Below are positions 27,641 to 35,747 of a stretch of 35,747 nucleotides of DNA, piece after piece. The DNA is from an uncultured Candidatus Peribacteria bacterium (GTDB lineage: Bacteria; Patescibacteriota; Gracilibacteria; UBA1369; 2-02-FULL-48-14). The position numbers and the translations under genes are program-made. Each line of letters starts with the position of its first letter. The stretch's first letter is position 1. The notes below the pieces were generated by a model. The model was not told where the DNA came from and searched no databases. It was given only the letters and a program-made list of their open reading frames with translations. The stretch covers positions 1 through 35,747 of the forward strand of contig CAYHTG010000004.1 of the NCBI GenBank assembly GCA_964359495.1, given 5' to 3'.

Positions 27641-28582
27641 ATGGTAGACCTTTCGGTAGAATTCTGCGGAATCCGATTCAAGAACCCACTCGTTCTGGCC
27701 TCGGGCATTTTAGGTGTAACAGCCGATAGCATGGTCAATGTGGTGCGCTGTGGGGCGGGAGGGGTGACAAGTAAATCCTTGTGGCCTTATGAGCACACCG
27801 GACATCCAAATCCGGTGATCATTACGAGTGAACATTGGATGCTCAATGCGGTGGGGATTCCCGACGCGGGACCGGAGAAAGCGAGGGAAGAAATCGCACG
27901 ATTTCGTGAAGTGTGCGACGCGCCTTTTATTGCCAATATTGTGGGAGGCGTGATGGATGATTACGCGCAAATTGCCACAGAGGTGGCGAGCATGCATCCC
28001 GACATGGTGGAAGTGAATATTTCTTGTCCGAATGTGGAGGACGAGCTGGGAAAACCCATGGCTTGCTCGATTTCAAAATCGGCGGAAGTGACGCGATTGG
28101 TGAAGGCGCGGTTGAGCGAAGCCGGAGCCGGGAAAATTCCCGTGGTTGTGAAGCTTTCACCGAATGTGGAAAATATTGTAGCGATTGCGACTAGCGTGCT
28201 TGAGGCGGGGGCTGATGGGATTACCGCCATCAACTCTGTGGGTCCGGGCATGGCGATTGATATTGATTTTGCGCGGCCTATTTTAGCGAATAAAGTGGGC
28301 GGTCTCACGGGACCGGCGATTAAGCCGCTGGCCGTAAAGTATGTCTATGATATTTATAAGGCGCATAAATGTCCGATTATCGGAACAGGAGGAGTGACGA
28401 CCGGACGAGATGCCATAGAAATGATGATGGCCGGGGCCGGCTTGGTTGGCGTGGGCTCGGCGGTATGGCTCCATGGCCCCGAAGTTTTTGAAAAAATGAC
28501 GAAGGAAATGAATGAGTGGTGTGATGGAAATGGAGTTAAAGAACTTCGTTCACTAATTGGAAAAGCTCATGAAAATCGTTAA
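27641..28582 (+). CDS. pyrD: Dihydroorotate dehydrogenase class 1B, catalytic subunit
   Basis: KNPLVLASG, MLNAVG, EVNISCPNV, VKLSPN, GGLTGPAIKP and IIGTGGV; adjacent to pyrK. Confidence 0.96.
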   Translation: MVDLSVEFCGIRFKNPLVLASGILGVTADSMVNVVRCGAGGVTSKSLWPYEHTGHPNPVIITSEHWMLNAVGIPDAGPEKAREEIARFREVCDAPFIANIVGGVMDDYAQIATEVASMHPDMVEVNISCPNVEDELGKPMACSISKSAEVTRLVKARLSEAGAGKIPVVVKLSPNVENIVAIATSVLEAGADGITAINSVGPGMAIDIDFARPILANKVGGLTGPAIKPLAVKYVYDIYKAHKCPIIGTGGVTTGRDAIEMMMAGAGLVGVGSAVWLHGPEVFEKMTKEMNEWCDGNGVKELRSLIGKAHENR

Positions 28583-29390
28583 CACATTGCCGCGCGCGGT
28601 CCGCATTAAAGAGATTCTTGTTGAGACGGAGCAGGTGAAAACTTTTATTTTGGATTGCACGGTTGGCGCGCGGCCCGGGCAGTTTGTGAATGTTTGGATT
28701 CCGGGCTTGGATGAAAAACCTTTTTCGGTGGCTATGGACAATGGCGTGGAGCTTCATTTGGCCATTGCGGCTGTGGGTCCTTTTTCAAACCGAATGCACG
28801 AGCTAAAAGTGGGAGACCGCGTGGGTGTACGCGGCCCTTTCGGTACGCATTTTACTTGTAAAGAAGGCGAACATCTGGCTTTTTTGGCCGGTGGCTATGG
28901 GGCTGCGCCGCTGTATTTTTTTGCACATGAGGCTATCGCAAAAGGCTGCACGGTGGAGTTCATTGTGGGGGCGCGTCGCAAAGATCTTTTACTCTTCACC
29001 GATCGAATCGAAAAATTAAAAAATGTGCATTTGCATGTTGCGACCAACGACGGCAGTGCGGGACACGCGGGTCTCAACACGGAAGTTTTGGAAGAAATTG
29101 TTGGGAAGAAACTCTCGACTTCGTCGCCTATAAATTGTATTTACACGGTGGGCCCCGAAGTGATGATGCTTAAAGCGATGAAACTCGCCGAGGCCATGGG
29201 GATCGAGGCTCAAATTTCCGTCGAGCGCTACATGAAATGTGGGTTTGGAATTTGTGGCAATTGCTGCGTTGATGGACTCGGTGTGCCTTCTTGTTTGGAA
29301 GGTCCGGTGATGCCACTCAATAAAGTTCTTCAACTGCGTGATTTTGGAAACTACCATCGCGATAAGTTGGGTAAAAAACAGTATTTTTAG
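28557..29390 (+). CDS. pyrK: Dihydroorotate dehydrogenase electron transfer subunit (ATG start probably 28569)
   Basis: PGQFV, KPFS, RGPFG, AGGYG.AP, GPE.M and the 2Fe-2S motif MKCGFGICGNC...C.EGPV. Confidence 0.95.
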   Translation: MEKLMKIVNTLPRAVRIKEILVETEQVKTFILDCTVGARPGQFVNVWIPGLDEKPFSVAMDNGVELHLAIAAVGPFSNRMHELKVGDRVGVRGPFGTHFTCKEGEHLAFLAGGYGAAPLYFFAHEAIAKGCTVEFIVGARRKDLLLFTDRIEKLKNVHLHVATNDGSAGHAGLNTEVLEEIVGKKLSTSSPINCIYTVGPEVMMLKAMKLAEAMGIEAQISVERYMKCGFGICGNCCVDGLGVPSCLEGPVMPLNKVLQLRDFGNYHRDKLGKKQYF

Positions 29391-29414
29391 TTTCTTATTT
29401 TTAACCTCTCGGAT

Positions 29415-30095
29415 ATGGCTCTCGCATCATACAAAATCGACTTCATTCACTTTCTTGTCCGTGCTGAGGCTCTCAAGTTTGGTACGTTTACGCTTAAGAG
29501 CGGACGCATTGCGCCTTACTTTTTAAATGCGGGGTGTTTTAACACCGGTGAAACCTTGCATCTGTTAGGTCGTTTTTATGCGCAGGCACTTCTCGATAAT
29601 AAGCTCGAATGTGATACCATTTTTGGGCCGGCTTATAAAGGTATTCCGCTTGCGGTGGCCACGTGTAACGTACTTTATTCCGACTTTCAAAAAAACGTTT
29701 CTTACGCCTTCAATCGAAAAGAAGTTAAAGACCACGGGGCTGATGTTGGAAAGGTTATGGTTGGTGCGTCGCTCACGACTGAGAGCAAAGTGGTTTTGAT
29801 TGATGATGTGATTACGGCCGGAACGGCCATTCGTGAAAGTATTGAAATCCTAAAAAATAACGGCAACCCGAAACTCACTGGCATTTTGATAGCGCTCAAT
29901 CGAATGGAAAAGACCAACGATGGGGAAAATGCCATCGAACAGATCGAAACTTCTTTGGGCATTCCTGTTCGCGCTATTGTGAATTTGGACGAGGTTTTAG
30001 AGGTGCTCCACAATAGAGAATTGGACGGAGAGATGCTTATCGATGATGCAAGAATGGAGGAAATTCAAAACTATCGTTCCCGATATGGGGTGTAA
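29415..30095 (+). CDS. pyrE: Orotate phosphoribosyltransferase
   Basis: KFG.FTLKSGR..PYF.N, FGPAYKGIP, NRKE.KDHG and IDDVITAGTA. Confidence 0.98.
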   Translation: MALASYKIDFIHFLVRAEALKFGTFTLKSGRIAPYFLNAGCFNTGETLHLLGRFYAQALLDNKLECDTIFGPAYKGIPLAVATCNVLYSDFQKNVSYAFNRKEVKDHGADVGKVMVGASLTTESKVVLIDDVITAGTAIRESIEILKNNGNPKLTGILIALNRMEKTNDGENAIEQIETSLGIPVRAIVNLDEVLEVLHNRELDGEMLIDDARMEEIQNYRSRYGV

Positions 30096-30151
30096 GTTGA
30101 CTGGAATCCAAAGAGTAGTCATGCTATAAAAGCTGCAGATTAAACACTCTT

Positions 30152-31075
30152 ATGCACTTTGCAGACCGCCTCACGGCAGCGATAAAGAAAAAAAACAGCG
30201 CGATTTGTGTTGGGCTGGATCCTCAACTTCCGAAGTTGCCCGGGTTTTTGTTGGCGAAGATGAAGGCGGAACATGGGCCAACTCTGAAAGCGGCGGCAAA
30301 TGCCTACGTGGAATTTAATAAAGGTATTATTGATGCCGTGAAAGATTTAGTTCCCGCGGTTAAACCTCAATTGGCCTTTTACGAAGAGCTGGGACACGAG
30401 GGGATGTGGGCTTTTGAAGAAACTTGTCGCTATGCGCGCGCGGCCGGCCTTTTGGTGATTGCGGATGGAAAGCGCAATGACATCGGTTCTACGGCTGAAG
30501 CTTATGCGCGTGGATTTTTAGGAAAGGTGGAGCTTTTTGGAGAGAATAAAGCGGTTCAGGAAGTGGACGCCCTTACGGTGAATGCCTATTTGGGACTGGA
30601 TGGGATCAGTCCTTTTATTAAAGTGTGTGATGAGGAAGGGAAGGGGATATTTGTTTTAGTGAAGACCTCCAATCCTTCATCCGGGGATGTGCAGGATCGA
30701 GTTATCGCCGATGAAAAAATGAGCATTTCGGAGCTTATGGGGCACTTTGTGGAATCTTGGGGCAGCGATAGCTTGGGGGAATGTGGCTACAGCTCTGTGG
30801 GGGCGGTGGTGGGTGCAACCTTTCCAGCGCAAGCTGCAAAACTCCGTAAAATTATGCCGACTTCCATTTTTTTGGTGCCCGGCTATGGAAGCCAAGGTGG
30901 CAGTGCGGAAGATGTGCGACCTTGCTTCAATGAGGATGGTTCGGGAGCCTTGGTGGTGAATGCTCGTGGCATTATTTTTGCCTTTGCAAAAGACGGCGGA
31001 GTTGGAGCAGGCGAAAATTTTGCCGACGCTGCACGCAGTGCGACAGAAAAAATGAAGAAGGAACTTAGTTCTTAA
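30152..31075 (+). CDS. pyrF: Orotidine-5'-phosphate decarboxylase (subfamily 2)
   Basis: CVGLDP, KPQLAFYE, DGKRNDIGST, KTSNP, GAVVGAT and LVPGYG.QGG. Confidence 0.97.
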   Translation: MHFADRLTAAIKKKNSAICVGLDPQLPKLPGFLLAKMKAEHGPTLKAAANAYVEFNKGIIDAVKDLVPAVKPQLAFYEELGHEGMWAFEETCRYARAAGLLVIADGKRNDIGSTAEAYARGFLGKVELFGENKAVQEVDALTVNAYLGLDGISPFIKVCDEEGKGIFVLVKTSNPSSGDVQDRVIADEKMSISELMGHFVESWGSDSLGECGYSSVGAVVGATFPAQAAKLRKIMPTSIFLVPGYGSQGGSAEDVRPCFNEDGSGALVVNARGIIFAFAKDGGVGAGENFADAARSATEKMKKELSS

Positions 31076-31862
31076 GCTTCAAAGTGAGCAACTGCCTGTA
31101 AAGTTTAGTCCACTCTTCCCAGCTTAGATCTTCCGCTCGAATCTTAGGATCGATGTTGATGGATTCAAGAGCTTCTCGCATTTGGGAGGGTTCTTGATGA
31201 AGGGCGGCAGCGAGGTTGTTGCTGAGTTTTTTGCGTTTTTGGGCGAAGCTCATGTGGAAGAGCCAAAAGAGTTTTTTGAGGTCGGCTTCGATGCGTGGTT
31301 TTGGAAGGGCGCGGATTTTTATGATTGCGGAATCTACTCTAGGCCGTGGGTGAAAAGCGGCTGCCGGAACCGTGCGAACCAGTTCGACATCAGCGAAAAG
31401 TTGGACTTCCAAAGAGAGGAGTGAATGTTTTTTGTTTTTGGCCACAATTTTCTCAGCGACTTCTTTTTGAACCATGAGCACGAGTAGTTCGGGTGGCTGA
31501 CCATGGGTGATTTGTTCCTTCAAAAAATGGTTGAGAAGAGGAGAAGTGATGTAGTAAGGAATATTGGCAATGACTTTGTAGGGTCCTTGCGGAGGAGTGA
31601 AGCGCAGGGCGTCTCCTTCTACGAGTTCGAAGTTTTTGAATTTCCGGAAGTCAAGTTTGAGGAAAGGGAGGAGGTCTCGATCTTTCTCAATAGCGATTAC
31701 TTTTCCGGCTCGTTTGATAAGTTCTTTCGTTAAAAATCCTTCACCCGGGCCCACTTCAATAATGGTGTCCGTGTCTTTAATTTCGCCCGCTTCCACAATG
31801 GCATGCAGGACGTCTTTGTCGTGGAGGAAATTTTGACCTAAATGTTTTTTAGCTTTCACCAT
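31065..31862 (-). CDS. rsmA: 16S rRNA m6,2A1518/1519 dimethyltransferase
   Basis: KKHLGQNFL, EVGPG.G.LT, ANIPYYITSP, MVQKEVA and F.P.PRVDS. Confidence 0.98.
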   Translation of the reverse strand: MVKAKKHLGQNFLHDKDVLHAIVEAGEIKDTDTIIEVGPGEGFLTKELIKRAGKVIAIEKDRDLLPFLKLDFRKFKNFELVEGDALRFTPPQGPYKVIANIPYYITSPLLNHFLKEQITHGQPPELLVLMVQKEVAEKIVAKNKKHSLLSLEVQLFADVELVRTVPAAAFHPRPRVDSAIIKIRALPKPRIEADLKKLFWLFHMSFAQKRKKLSNNLAAALHQEPSQMREALESINIDPKIRAEDLSWEEWTKLYRQLLTLKLKN

Positions 31863-32098
31863 GGAAGTTTGGTAGTGTCAGGAACTTTAAGAAGTTTTCG
31901 AGTATCGGTGTGGCCACTAATGATGCTGATTTCACTTCTTTGTATGCTTAGGGATTTGGATAGGAAGCGAATCAACTCTTCATTGGCGCGACCTTTCTCC
32001 GGAATGGCTTTGAGGCGGATCTTGAGAGTGTCGTCGTCCATACGCTCCACAAATTCGGTTTGTACAGAGCGGGGAATAACTTTAACTTGAATGTACAT
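31856..32098 (-). CDS. DUF167 (YggU-like) protein
   Basis: V.V.P.S, LKI...A.PEKGRAN.ELI.FL and I.IISG.T.R.K. Confidence 0.92.
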   Translation of the reverse strand: MYIQVKVIPRSVQTEFVERMDDDTLKIRLKAIPEKGRANEELIRFLSKSLSIQRSEISIISGHTDTRKLLKVPDTTKLPW

Positions 32099-34725
32099 TA
32101 TACGTGTAAAGGTTTTTTTCTAAAGAACTTCCAAAGTTCAAGAATGAAGATAGCGAACATAGAAAGAATTCCCATGTTGAGCCAGTCTCTCCAATGCAGC
32201 GGCACTGTGTGTAATACGCTTTGCATGAGCGGATGGTAGACGGCAAAAAGTTGAAGCCCTAAGCTGAGGACAATGCTGAAAAGGAGAAGCTTGTTTGAGA
32301 AAAAGTTGGTGAAGAAATTCTTTTCTTCGTAGCGCACTGAAAACACCAAAAAGAGTTCAAACACCACAACGGTGGAAAAAATGAGAGTTCGTGTTTTTTC
32401 AATGCCGTAGGTATCGATGACGGCGAAGTATAAAATTAAGGAAACCGCTGCAGCCAAAATGCCCGCCAAGATGCTGTAGCGCAGCAACTCTTTGACGATG
32501 CTTTGTTTGTGGCTCCGCGGTTTTAAAGTCATGATATCTTTTTCCGGAGTGTCCACGCCCAAAGCGATAGCGGGAAGAGCATCCGTGAGCAGGTTGACCC
32601 ATAAAATCTGCAAAGGGACAAAGGGTAAGGGATAACCCAAAAGAAAAATCACGCTCACCACTATCACTTCATCAAAGTTGGCGGAGAGTAAGAATCGGAT
32701 GAATTTTTTTATGTTTCGATAAATAGTCCGACCTTCCTCCACCGTACTTACAATGGTCGCAAAATTGTCATCCACTAAGATCATGTCACTGGCTTCTTTT
32801 GAAACATCGGTTCCGGTGATTCCCATGGCCACGCCGATGTCCGCGCCTTTCAGCGCGGGCGCGTCGTTCACTCCGTCTCCCGTCATGGAAACAATGGCGC
32901 CCTTGCTGCGAAGAGCCTGTAAAATTTTAACTTTATGCTCAGGATTCACTCGAGCGTAAATACTGACTTTATCCACCATTTGCGCGAGTTTCCGAAAGGT
33001 CATTTTTTCGAGATCTTCACCGGTTAAAACCAAGTCGCCTTTTTTATATAAACCAATTTCCCGTCCCACCGCCATAGCCGTAAGAGCATGGTCTCCCGTA
33101 ATCATCACCACACGGATGTGCGCCTTATAACAGGTTGCAATAGCGGCTTTCACTTCGGGACGGGGAGGATCCATGAGAGCGGCCAGACCTAGGAAAATCA
33201 TATTTTTTTCTTCTTTTTTGTAGTGCGCTACGCTTTGCTCCGCGTAATACGCAAAACCCAATACACGGTAGGCTTGCTGGGCGAAGGCCGCATTTTCTTT
33301 TAGGATTTTATTTTTGAGAGCCGTAGTAAGGACGATTTTTTTACCATTCATTTGAACGTGAGAACAAACTTTTAAAATGGAGTCGGGCGCCCCTTTCATA
33401 AAAATGGTATTTCCGTTTTGAGTCGACATGCGTTTGAGTTCCGAGGTGAAGACCCATTCTTTATGCCGAGGCATTTTCTTCGCCCATTTTTCAGGATTTA
33501 TTCCGGCCTTGTGCGCCAAAGTAAGTAAAGCTCCTTCGGTGGGATCTCCCGCAACAGTCCAATTTTTCTTCCCCGGAATGAGGCTGGCGTTGTTGCACAG
33601 TGCTCCCGCAAGGATCAACAATTCCATTTCCTTACTTGCAATTTGGATTTTTTCTTCCGGCTCATAACCGACGCCCGGCACGCCGAACATCTCTCCATTC
33701 ACATACAGCGCCTTTACCGTCATTTCATTTTCCGTGAGAGTCCCCGTTTTATCCGTACAAATAACACTTGTGTTTCCCAGGGTCTCGGCTGCCGAGAGCT
33801 TCCTTATAATAGCGTTTTTCTTGGCAATTCTTTGGACGCCCAAAGCGAGCGTGAGAGTTATCACGGCCGGTAAACCTTCCGGAATCACGCTCACGGCGAG
33901 ACTGACGGAAAGGAGGAACATTTCCATGAGATCGCGCTTTGTCGCCCAAGCCAAAAGAAAAAGTACGAGCACAATCCCAAGGACAAGTAAGGCCAAGGTT
34001 TTAGTGAGTCGACCGAGTTGTTTTTGGAGAGGAGTAGGATCATCCGTTTGCGTTTGTACCAAGTGAGCGACACGTCCGAGTTCCGTGTTCATGCCGGTGT
34101 TCACCACTATGGCCAAACCATGCCCCAGGCTCACCACCGTGCCCATGAAAACGCAATTTTTCAGATCCCCCAGCCCGGCATTTTTCTTGGGGATTTCCAG
34201 GGTTTTTTCGACGGGTAAACTTTCTCCGGTCAAACTCGCTTCAATCGTTTGCATCTGGGCCAGTTCCAGAAGTCTTCCATCCGCCGGAATTTGCTCGCCT
34301 TCTTCCAAAACTAAAATATCCCCCGGAACCAAATTTTGGGCGGGTATTCTTACCCTTTTCCCGTCTCGAATCACCAGTCCAAAAGGCGCACTCATCTTTT
34401 TAAGCGCCTCCACCGCTTTTTCGGCTTTGTATTCTTGGATGAATCCGATCACCGCATTAATCATGATGATCACCAAAATCGCGCCCGCATCCAAAGTTTC
34501 ACCCACCCAAAAACTCACCACCATGGCCACAGCCAGGATGCCCATCATGATGTTTACAAATTGCCTGAGTAGAATTTGGTACCACCTTATTTTGCCAATT
34601 TCCTTGATCTCATTGAGGCCGTATTTTGTTAAACGCCGCCCCGCCTCTTTTTGACTGAGTCCATGACCGGAACTGTGCAGTTTCTTAAAGAGGGAAGGGA
34701 GGGAAAGGTTGTGGAAATTATTCAT
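32098..34725 (-). CDS. P-type cation-transporting ATPase, P2A (Ca2+-ATPase-like); start moved to ATG 34725
   Basis: LTGES, IPEGLP, DKTGTLT, KGAP, MITGD, TGDGVND and LQILWVNLLTD. The ORF-track start overlaps trmD. Confidence 0.95.
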   Translation of the reverse strand: MNNFHNLSLPSLFKKLHSSGHGLSQKEAGRRLTKYGLNEIKEIGKIRWYQILLRQFVNIMMGILAVAMVVSFWVGETLDAGAILVIIMINAVIGFIQEYKAEKAVEALKKMSAPFGLVIRDGKRVRIPAQNLVPGDILVLEEGEQIPADGRLLELAQMQTIEASLTGESLPVEKTLEIPKKNAGLGDLKNCVFMGTVVSLGHGLAIVVNTGMNTELGRVAHLVQTQTDDPTPLQKQLGRLTKTLALLVLGIVLVLFLLAWATKRDLMEMFLLSVSLAVSVIPEGLPAVITLTLALGVQRIAKKNAIIRKLSAAETLGNTSVICTDKTGTLTENEMTVKALYVNGEMFGVPGVGYEPEEKIQIASKEMELLILAGALCNNASLIPGKKNWTVAGDPTEGALLTLAHKAGINPEKWAKKMPRHKEWVFTSELKRMSTQNGNTIFMKGAPDSILKVCSHVQMNGKKIVLTTALKNKILKENAAFAQQAYRVLGFAYYAEQSVAHYKKEEKNMIFLGLAALMDPPRPEVKAAIATCYKAHIRVVMITGDHALTAMAVGREIGLYKKGDLVLTGEDLEKMTFRKLAQMVDKVSIYARVNPEHKVKILQALRSKGAIVSMTGDGVNDAPALKGADIGVAMGITGTDVSKEASDMILVDDNFATIVSTVEEGRTIYRNIKKFIRFLLSANFDEVIVVSVIFLLGYPLPFVPLQILWVNLLTDALPAIALGVDTPEKDIMTLKPRSHKQSIVKELLRYSILAGILAAAVSLILYFAVIDTYGIEKTRTLIFSTVVVFELFLVFSVRYEEKNFFTNFFSNKLLLFSIVLSLGLQLFAVYHPLMQSVLHTVPLHWRDWLNMGILSMFAIFILELWKFFRKKPLHV

Positions 34726-34735
34726 ATTGAGCTGT

Positions 34736-35383
34736 TTACTTACGAAGGTGTTTCTTACGCCAAGCGGCAATTTCCGCATGATTTCCCGAAAGCAAAATGT
34801 TTGGCACTTTCAAGCCTTTATATTCCGCCGGTTTCGTGAAATGAGGGTATTCGATTTTCCGTTCCAAGGATTTGCTGAAGGACTCTTCTTCCGGACTCTC
34901 GCTTGCGCCCAAAACACCCGGTATGAGGCGGCTCACACAATCTGCCAACACCAGCGCCCCCAGCTCTCCCCCCGTCAGGACATAATCACCAATGGAAATT
35001 TCCTCGTCCGCCAGTTCGTCAATCACGCGTTGATCGATCCCCTCATAACGGCCGCAGACTAAAATCATTCCTTTGAGTTTGGCGAGTTTTTCAACTTTTT
35101 CTTGAGTCAGTCGCTTTCCCGCGGGGCTCAAAAAAATAACAGGTCCTTTGTTTTTACGTTTTACTGCACGGATAGTATCAAATAAGGGCTGACACGTCAT
35201 CACCATGCCCGCACCACCACCGTAAGGAGTGTCATCCACTTTTTTATGCTTATCTTTGCTGTAGGCGCGAATGTCGTGCGTGAAAACGCGAATTTTTTTC
35301 TTTTCCACCGCTCGCTTCAAAATGGAGTCCTCAAAGTAGGGGAGGACCAGCGAAGGGAAAAGAGTGAGAATGTCGAAGCGCAT
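34736..35383 (-). CDS. trmD: tRNA (guanine37-N1)-methyltransferase
   Basis: ILTLFP, VDDTPYGGGAGMVM, CGRYEGIDQRV, SIGDYVLTGGE and LLSGNH. Confidence 0.99.
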   Translation of the reverse strand: MRFDILTLFPSLVLPYFEDSILKRAVEKKKIRVFTHDIRAYSKDKHKKVDDTPYGGGAGMVMTCQPLFDTIRAVKRKNKGPVIFLSPAGKRLTQEKVEKLAKLKGMILVCGRYEGIDQRVIDELADEEISIGDYVLTGGELGALVLADCVSRLIPGVLGASESPEEESFSKSLERKIEYPHFTKPAEYKGLKVPNILLSGNHAEIAAWRKKHLRK

Positions 35384-35429
35384 GTCTCTATTCTAAAGAG
35401 GAGCCTCGACTTCGTCGAGCGATTGCTTT

Positions 35430-35457
35430 TTGACTTTGTATAAAAGAGTATTATAAT
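35430..35457 (+). promoter_or_regulatory. Putative sigma70 promoter giving a leaderless transcript
   Basis: TTGACT-16 bp-TATAAT, with an ATG at 35465. Confidence 0.65.
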
Positions 35458-35464
35458 GACCTCT

Positions 35465-35747
35465 ATGTTTGAGAGTTTCCACAGTGTCGACCGCAGTGCC
35501 CACGGGCGTCGTGCAGAACGTTTGAATAGCATCAAGAGTTATTATAATTTGGAGGATTCTAGTCACTTATCCGACCTTTTGGGTAACTTAACTGAGCTCG
35601 CAGGGGAGCTCGGCTTAGTACAGATGCGTATCTATGATTGCTGTGCTCGTGCGTTTTCCTCTCCTTCAGCCAAAGTGAGAGAAGAACCTCTTATGTTGGA
35701 TGTTTTTCGTACAAGGCTTTACAACCCGCCTTCTCAAACCTTACAGT
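35465..35747 (+). CDS. Hypothetical protein, truncated by the window end (MFESFHSVDRSAHGRRAERLNSIKSYYNL...)
   Basis: Frame translated by hand is open to the window end and sits directly behind a near-consensus promoter. Not in the ORF track because it has no stop. Confidence 0.65.
   Translation, partial: MFESFHSVDRSAHGRRAERLNSIKSYYNLEDSSHLSDLLGNLTELAGELGLVQMRIYDCCARAFSSPSAKVREEPLMLDVFRTRLYNPPSQTLQ

Noticed and set aside
35405-35419. Small hairpin CTCGAC-TTC-GTCGAG as a terminator
   Set aside because: It lies between divergent promoters and has no adjacent U tract. It could be an operator, but the support is too thin.

Overview
A housekeeping-rich bacterial chromosomal segment in genetic code 11, most likely from a CPR/Patescibacteria lineage such as Peregrinibacteria. 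That placement is inferred from SLH proteins, ORFans between core genes, and A/T-rich start regions without Shine-Dalgarno sites. From left to right it carries a truncated tRNA-Arg(GCG), a class II Fic-wHTH gene, an inositol monophosphatase, an ORFan and uvrB. Next come a two-gene operon of paralogues that each have two degenerate cyclic-nucleotide-binding domains, a complete F1Fo ATP synthase operon (atpI-B-E-F-H-A-G-D-C), a pyroglutamyl-peptidase-like gene and a class 2 pyrD. A DnaQ exonuclease fused to a dead DinG helicase follows, then two SLH surface proteins and a de novo pyrimidine cluster (carA, pyrB, pyrC, pyrD, pyrK, pyrE, pyrF; no carB) interrupted by unrelated genes. The window ends with rsmA, a DUF167 gene, a P2A-type ATPase, trmD and a truncated ORFan. 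No CRISPR array, integrase or transposase is visible. The best leads are the effector-less tandem cNMP-binding pair, an unannotated promoter/leader-peptide/hairpin/hydrophobic-peptide module next to the tRNA, a two-carboxylate c-subunit site, and the exonuclease-pseudohelicase. Also notable are CAD-like pyr enzymes and a recurring pattern of 16-bp-spacer promoters and leaderless genes. All family calls come from motif recognition by eye; no database search was run.
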